NCBI GenBank assembly: GCA_964252035.1
Contig: OZ176203.1
Strand: one strand, 5' to 3'
From: Podarcis erhardii
Lineage: Eukaryota
Length of the DNA: 64,000 bases
Part shown: positions 63,901 to 64,000 of the stretch, piece by piece
Layout: each line of letters begins with the position of its first letter
Position numbering within the stretch: position 1 is the first letter of the stretch
Notes under the pieces: generated by a model
What the model saw: only the letters and a program-made list of their open reading frames with translations
Told to the model about the DNA's origin: nothing
Database searches by the model: none
Made by a program: the position numbers and the translations under genes

Positions 63901-64000
63901 ACACCTGAAGAGCTAGTCATATACATGATATGTGCACCCTGTTTAATCTTTGTTGGAAGAATGTGAAATATTTCCAAATTAACATCCCAAAAATGCATTG

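Noticed and set aside
59919-64000. EVA1C exon 6
   Set aside because: No acceptor followed by a peptide resembling the expected juxtamembrane segment; probably outside the window.
1-64000. CRISPR array, rRNA, viral or autonomous transposon ORFs
   Set aside because: Eukaryotic intron-exon DNA; no repeat-spacer arrays, rRNA similarity or long transposase/RT ORFs.

Overview
Vertebrate genomic DNA, most likely from a lacertid lizard (inferred from the Sauria SINE, L2 and MITE families). It holds two head-to-head protein-coding genes, mapped by hand from splice signals and translation. URB1 (nucleolar pre-ribosomal-associated protein 1) is on the minus strand: coding exons 1-16, 2142 nt / 714 codons, ATG at 21079, continuing off the left edge. 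EVA1C is on the plus strand: coding exons 1-5 encode a signal peptide and two SUEL lectin domains from the ATG at 27841; the remaining exons were not found and probably lie beyond the right edge. This is the URB1-EVA1C arrangement known from human chr21. Each gene has its own CpG-rich promoter, and the two ATGs are about 6.8 kb apart. The rest is intronic or intergenic DNA with Sauria SINEs, L2 and CR1 3' fragments, Tc1/mariner- and hAT-type MITEs and microsatellites. Almost all ORFs in the supplied track are shadow or repeat ORFs. There is no CRISPR array, rRNA, tRNA gene or autonomous element. I cannot support a clearly novel system. The best leads are regulatory: an in-frame uORF in the URB1 leader, a start-stop/M-box element before EVA1C, possible snoRNA relics and a poison exon in URB1 introns, and inverted Sauria SINEs flanking in-frame EVA1C exon blocks.
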